From IMG/VR virus record IMGVR_UViG_3300008450_000021: a stretch of 20,000 nt of DNA; one strand, written 5' to 3'. The DNA is from an uncultured virus (IMG/VR IMGVR_UViG_3300008450_000021) (Duplodnaviria > Heunggongvirae > Uroviricota > Caudoviricetes). Shown in pieces: positions 16,756-20,000 of this stretch; within the stretch, counting starts at the first letter, position 1, and every line of letters begins with the position of its first letter. The notes beneath the pieces are model-generated. The model saw nothing but the letters and a program-made list of their open reading frames with translations, had not been told where the DNA came from and made no database searches. The translations under genes and the position numbers were made by a program.

Positions 16756-16759
16756 AACT

Positions 16760-17623
16760 TTATTTTATAAATTTCTTTATAGGAGTATCATATATTCCCT
16801 CATATTTTTTTCCAAAATCTCTTAACAATACACCTGCTTTAGCATTTGCTTCATTTTCGATATCACTACCAGTCTTACCACTTTCATAATTTATTTTTCC
16901 ATCTTCATCTTGTTTACGATGGATTAATTCATGAGCTAATGTACGAAAAATATCAGCCATGTTTCTATCGCCTACGTAAACCCATATTTCATTAGTATTA
17001 GGAGAAAAATACCCAAACGAACGTTGTTTTTTAACATGATCAGTATCGTCTGAGAATTGTATCTTAGGGATTTGGGCTAATCCTAAGTCTTCTTTAACGT
17101 AATTAATAAATTCGTTTACTAAATTAACTTCATCTTCTTGGCTTCCATCTTCCTTTATTTTAGGATTAATAATAGCTACTAATGCCTCAGGAATAAGATT
17201 TAATGCTTTATGTAATGATAATATAAATTCACCATTAACCAAATAATACTTATCACTATCATAATTTAGTATTAATGCTTTAGGTAGTGGTTTTAAATTT
17301 TTAACAGCCTTTAAATAAGGAACAGGGTCTATTTTATGTTCTTTAGCGTATAGCAATGCTTGACCCAAGCTTTTAATATTGTACGAATTAGTATTTTCTA
17401 ATTTAGACCAAACGTCATCAATTAATACTACGTCATTAGCACCGTTAAAAGCTAATTGTAAATCCTCTACAGGAAAATTAAAAACTAATGCTGCTTTATT
17501 TAAAGCACTTAAATTATCCTCAACATATTGGTGATTATCATCATCTTCAAAATTATTTGGGGGAGATTCATGTAATTGAAATGCTTTATTCCACCACTCT
17601 TTACTAAATATATTTTTATCCAT
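16760..17623 (-). CDS. Protein with a C-terminal zincin-type metallopeptidase domain
   Basis: SFGYF...IWVY...DIFRTLAHELIHRKQ...IENEANAKAG (HExxH plus a downstream Glu ligand). Confidence 0.75.
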   Translation of the reverse strand: MDKNIFSKEWWNKAFQLHESPPNNFEDDDNHQYVEDNLSALNKAALVFNFPVEDLQLAFNGANDVVLIDDVWSKLENTNSYNIKSLGQALLYAKEHKIDPVPYLKAVKNLKPLPKALILNYDSDKYYLVNGEFILSLHKALNLIPEALVAIINPKIKEDGSQEDEVNLVNEFINYVKEDLGLAQIPKIQFSDDTDHVKKQRSFGYFSPNTNEIWVYVGDRNMADIFRTLAHELIHRKQDEDGKINYESGKTGSDIENEANAKAGVLLRDFGKKYEGIYDTPIKKFIK

Positions 17624-17639
17624 AAATAATTAATATGGT

Positions 17640-17647
17640 ATAAATAT
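17640..17647 (-). promoter_or_regulatory. ATATTTAT motif (putative late promoter)
   Basis: Minus strand TATATTTATA, 16 nt before ATG 17623. Confidence 0.5.
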
Positions 17648-17648
17648 A

Positions 17649-18437
17649 CTACTCTGCTAGTTTAACGGATACAGGCAATGACTGGCTATAAGGTACATCA
17701 TCTGGGTTTTCTAATTTATATATATCGTATATTTTGGTAAACATTTCAAAATTTTTATCAATATCACCAATTACTTTTAATTGCCACCCAGCTCCTTGTA
17801 TTTTTTCACCTTTTTTATCCTCGCCACGAGTAGCTGCTTTTAACCATATGATTCCCGTATCAGTTACATGCTCATCATGAGTCTCGTTCCATGCTTTAGT
17901 GTAGGCAGCTAACTGTAAATCGTAGCTAGTGTGTAGTGAATTGGATGTTTTAATATCTAATAACCATAATTTACCACGTAATCTTACAATTAAGTCGGCT
18001 GTTCCTGCGTATTCATGTTGATCTGAGAATAAATGGTATTCTGCTGCTACTAACTCAGGTTTTTCACGGTTCCAAAATTCAGTAAAACGTAAGATCATTT
18101 TCCAAACATCTAGCGCATAGTTAACGTGACCGTTTTCTTCAATCCACACTATTTCTTCACCGTTTATAAATTTTTCAACAGCATTGTGTACTTGTGTACC
18201 TTCAGCAGCGGCTTTAGATGCTATAATATCACTATTATGACCTACATCTTTTAACCAATTATGAAAAAATTGATTTTTAGGAAAGTAATTTAATATCGTT
18301 GATACTGAAGGGTAATATTTGTCATTGCGTTTATAAAAACGTTGGTCTAAAATATTAATTTGTTTATTGTCTTCACTGTATTGAATAATGCGTTTAATTT
18401 TGGGATCTTTGATCACATTGAAATTTTTATCTATCAT
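17649..18437 (-). CDS. PD-(D/E)XK exonuclease (phage exonuclease, Cas4/RecB-like fold)
   Basis: YYPSVSTIL, GTQVHNAVE, E-x-YAGTADL...LLDIKTS, QLAAY. Confidence 0.88.
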   Translation of the reverse strand: MIDKNFNVIKDPKIKRIIQYSEDNKQINILDQRFYKRNDKYYPSVSTILNYFPKNQFFHNWLKDVGHNSDIIASKAAAEGTQVHNAVEKFINGEEIVWIEENGHVNYALDVWKMILRFTEFWNREKPELVAAEYHLFSDQHEYAGTADLIVRLRGKLWLLDIKTSNSLHTSYDLQLAAYTKAWNETHDEHVTDTGIIWLKAATRGEDKKGEKIQGAGWQLKVIGDIDKNFEMFTKIYDIYKLENPDDVPYSQSLPVSVKLAE

Positions 18438-19387
18438 ATATTATCTAATTTTTTTACTAATAAACTTTGGAATGTTAGTGGTAATGTATTTTCTATAATA
18501 TTAAGAAAATTTTCAAATCCTATTGTGTTTGCATCTTTACCATCTAACTCTACCAAGTATACTTCTTTACCAAAGGACATTAACATTTCACAATGTTTTA
18601 AAGCATCCTTAATAGCATCTTTATCTAATGCTATGTATATTTTTTGTACATCAGACGATACTAATTTTTTCATTAGTATTTCATGTATTACCTTACCAAA
18701 TAATGGAATACAATTACGTTTAATTGTTAGAAAATCAAACATACCTTCTACTAATATTATAGGAGCACTCCAATTAATGTATAGTTCCATACCAATTATA
18801 TTTTTAACAGGTACAGATGGGTTATCATATTTTCTACTTAAGGTATCTGAGTAGTCTCGTGCTATAAAATAATTTAGTTGACCTAATCCATCATAAGACG
18901 GTATAATAATTCTATTAGTATACTTGCCTTCTGCACAAAATCCAATATTGTATTTTAAAATATCCATCTCCGTCAATCCTCTATTTTTAATGTATTTAAT
19001 CGCATGTTTTGCGGCTAATTTTATGGATTTATCGGTTGTATTAACATTATAAAGAGGAATAAATTCAGCAGGTAATTTTGTATTAGTTTCTGTAGTTTGT
19101 TTAGTTTTACCTGGTCTAATTATTAGGTTTAGTTCTTTAGTTTTATCTTCAGGCGCGTCTAATTTCTTTAATAATGATTTTATTGTTTTACCTTTAGAAC
19201 TATTTTTTGGTGGGCACGTCCAACAATGCCATGGATTTTCATTTTTTTCATTGGTGTCAAGTTGAACCTCTAGTTTACGTTTGTGGTGATTACAAAAGGG
19301 ACAATGAAATGCTACATTGCCCTTACTAGTAGGATGACCTTTACCTAGTACGGATTCAAGTAATATAAGTAAAGCTTGATTTTCCAT
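18434..19387 (-). CDS. DNA primase (N-terminal zinc finger plus TOPRIM domain)
   Basis: CPFCNH...WHCWTC zinc-binding domain, YIKNRGL, RIIIP, YFIAR, LVEGMFD and ALDKDA TOPRIM motifs. Confidence 0.92.
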   Translation of the reverse strand: MENQALLILLESVLGKGHPTSKGNVAFHCPFCNHHKRKLEVQLDTNEKNENPWHCWTCPPKNSSKGKTIKSLLKKLDAPEDKTKELNLIIRPGKTKQTTETNTKLPAEFIPLYNVNTTDKSIKLAAKHAIKYIKNRGLTEMDILKYNIGFCAEGKYTNRIIIPSYDGLGQLNYFIARDYSDTLSRKYDNPSVPVKNIIGMELYINWSAPIILVEGMFDFLTIKRNCIPLFGKVIHEILMKKLVSSDVQKIYIALDKDAIKDALKHCEMLMSFGKEVYLVELDGKDANTIGFENFLNIIENTLPLTFQSLLVKKLDNI

Positions 19388-19393
19388 TTTGAT

Positions 19394-19424
19394 GGAATAT
19401 ACAAACTTTATTTAGCCAATCAAA
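19394..19424 (-). promoter_or_regulatory. Bacteroidota sigma-A-like promoter of the primase-nuclease pair
   Basis: TTTG-att-GGCTA-N11-TATATTCC (19-nt spacer), 6 nt before ATG 19387. Confidence 0.45.
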
Positions 19425-19873
19425 TCTTTTGTGTAAAACTTTCCAAGAATATTATCATTAATCCATTTGGTTGAATCTTCTAATACTCCATACTGGAATA
19501 GGTATTTGCACTCGTAATATGTTAATTCTTTCTTGGTTTTGCAAAGTTTTAATATTACTCGTATGAATTTATCTTTAGGATATTTCTTTAGATCCTCTTT
19601 TATTTCTTGTGACGAACCATAATATGTTTTCCAGTCACTTGGTTTTACTACTAATTTAGTTTGTTTAGTTCTACCACGTGTAACTGGTAAGTTGGCTAAT
19701 TCTTTTTTACCTAATTTAACATTATTTTTATGAAAGAAATTTTTCTTACCAATATAACTACGACCTGTTTCTAAGTTAGTAGTCATGTAAATATAACCCT
19801 CATATTGGGTTGGGTCAAATGATTCGTCGTTAATTAAATCTTCAACTGTCAAAACTAATTGTATTTGAAACAT
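19412..19873 (-). CDS. GIY-YIG family nuclease (T4 Seg-like catalytic domain only)
   Basis: GYIYMTTNLETGRSYIGKK...WKTYYGSS...FIRVIL...LTYYE...WINDNI. Confidence 0.8.
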   Translation of the reverse strand: MFQIQLVLTVEDLINDESFDPTQYEGYIYMTTNLETGRSYIGKKNFFHKNNVKLGKKELANLPVTRGRTKQTKLVVKPSDWKTYYGSSQEIKEDLKKYPKDKFIRVILKLCKTKKELTYYECKYLFQYGVLEDSTKWINDNILGKFYTKDLIG

Positions 19874-19874
19874 A

Positions 19875-20000
19875 TTATATATCTAATATTTTTATATTGT
19901 CTTGTTTATCATATCCAAAATTTTCTCTGTTTGCATCAATTCCATACATTTCTCTTTTAACTTTAGATAATTTAGATAAATACGTAATTAATTTATTATA
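19875..20000 (-). CDS. C-terminal end of a gene entering from the right edge
   Basis: Open frame YNKLITYLSKLSKVKREMYGIDANRENFGYDKQDNIKILDI* ends 1 nt before the next ATG. Confidence 0.55.
   Translation of the reverse strand, partial: YNKLITYLSKLSKVKREMYGIDANRENFGYDKQDNIKILDI

Noticed and set aside
643..17646. T4 late promoter consensus TATAAATA on the plus strand (643, 10757, 15500, 17639)
   Set aside because: It is in the wrong orientation for the minus-strand genes; treated as the reverse complement of the ATATTTAT motif rather than a T4-type promoter.
17649..18437. Cas4/CRISPR interpretation of the PD-(D/E)XK nuclease
   Set aside because: No Fe-S cysteine cluster, no repeat-spacer array and no other cas genes in the window; its context next to the primase fits a replication/recombination exonuclease.
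282..18854. All plus-strand ORFs in the track (282, 900, 2725, 5798, 8059, 8906, 10317, 11399, 13511, 16021, 16367, 18360)
   Set aside because: Each lies antisense to a well-supported minus-strand gene, mostly starts with a non-ATG codon, and has the Phe/Ser/Leu-rich composition of shadow frames.
1..20000. Stop-codon reassignment, as seen in some Bacteroidota phages
   Set aside because: Genes are full length and tile densely under the standard code, and TAA, TAG and TGA all appear as stops followed closely by new starts.

Overview
An AT-rich, densely packed window with essentially all genes on the minus strand, best read as part of a large dsDNA tailed phage genome (T4-like or jumbo type). 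A Bacteroidota host is inferred from TTTG-N19/20-TAnnTTTN promoter-like sites and the lack of obvious Shine-Dalgarno sites. Recognisable genes are a terminase large subunit (truncated at the left edge and missed by the ORF track), a P-loop kinase, two GIY-YIG endonucleases, an FAD-dependent oxidoreductase, an RNase H-like 3'-5' exonuclease, a ferritin-like protein, a cupin-like protein, a zincin metallopeptidase-domain protein, a PD-(D/E)XK nuclease and a DNA primase. The most striking unexplained pattern is that about 12-15 otherwise unrelated proteins share a short amphipathic N-terminal leader ending in (I/L)-x-E (MIKLTDILKE, or MKxxxL(R/K)xxI(R/K)E), resembling a T4 capsid-targeting sequence cleaved by the prohead protease. 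Many of these genes or gene blocks sit behind a second recurrent motif (ATATTTAT), while most non-leader genes sit behind host-type promoters. A GC-rich intergenic element of about 75 nt (6963-7035) can fold into a pseudoknot plus a competing hairpin and is a candidate novel ncRNA. All family assignments come from motif recognition by eye, not from database searches.
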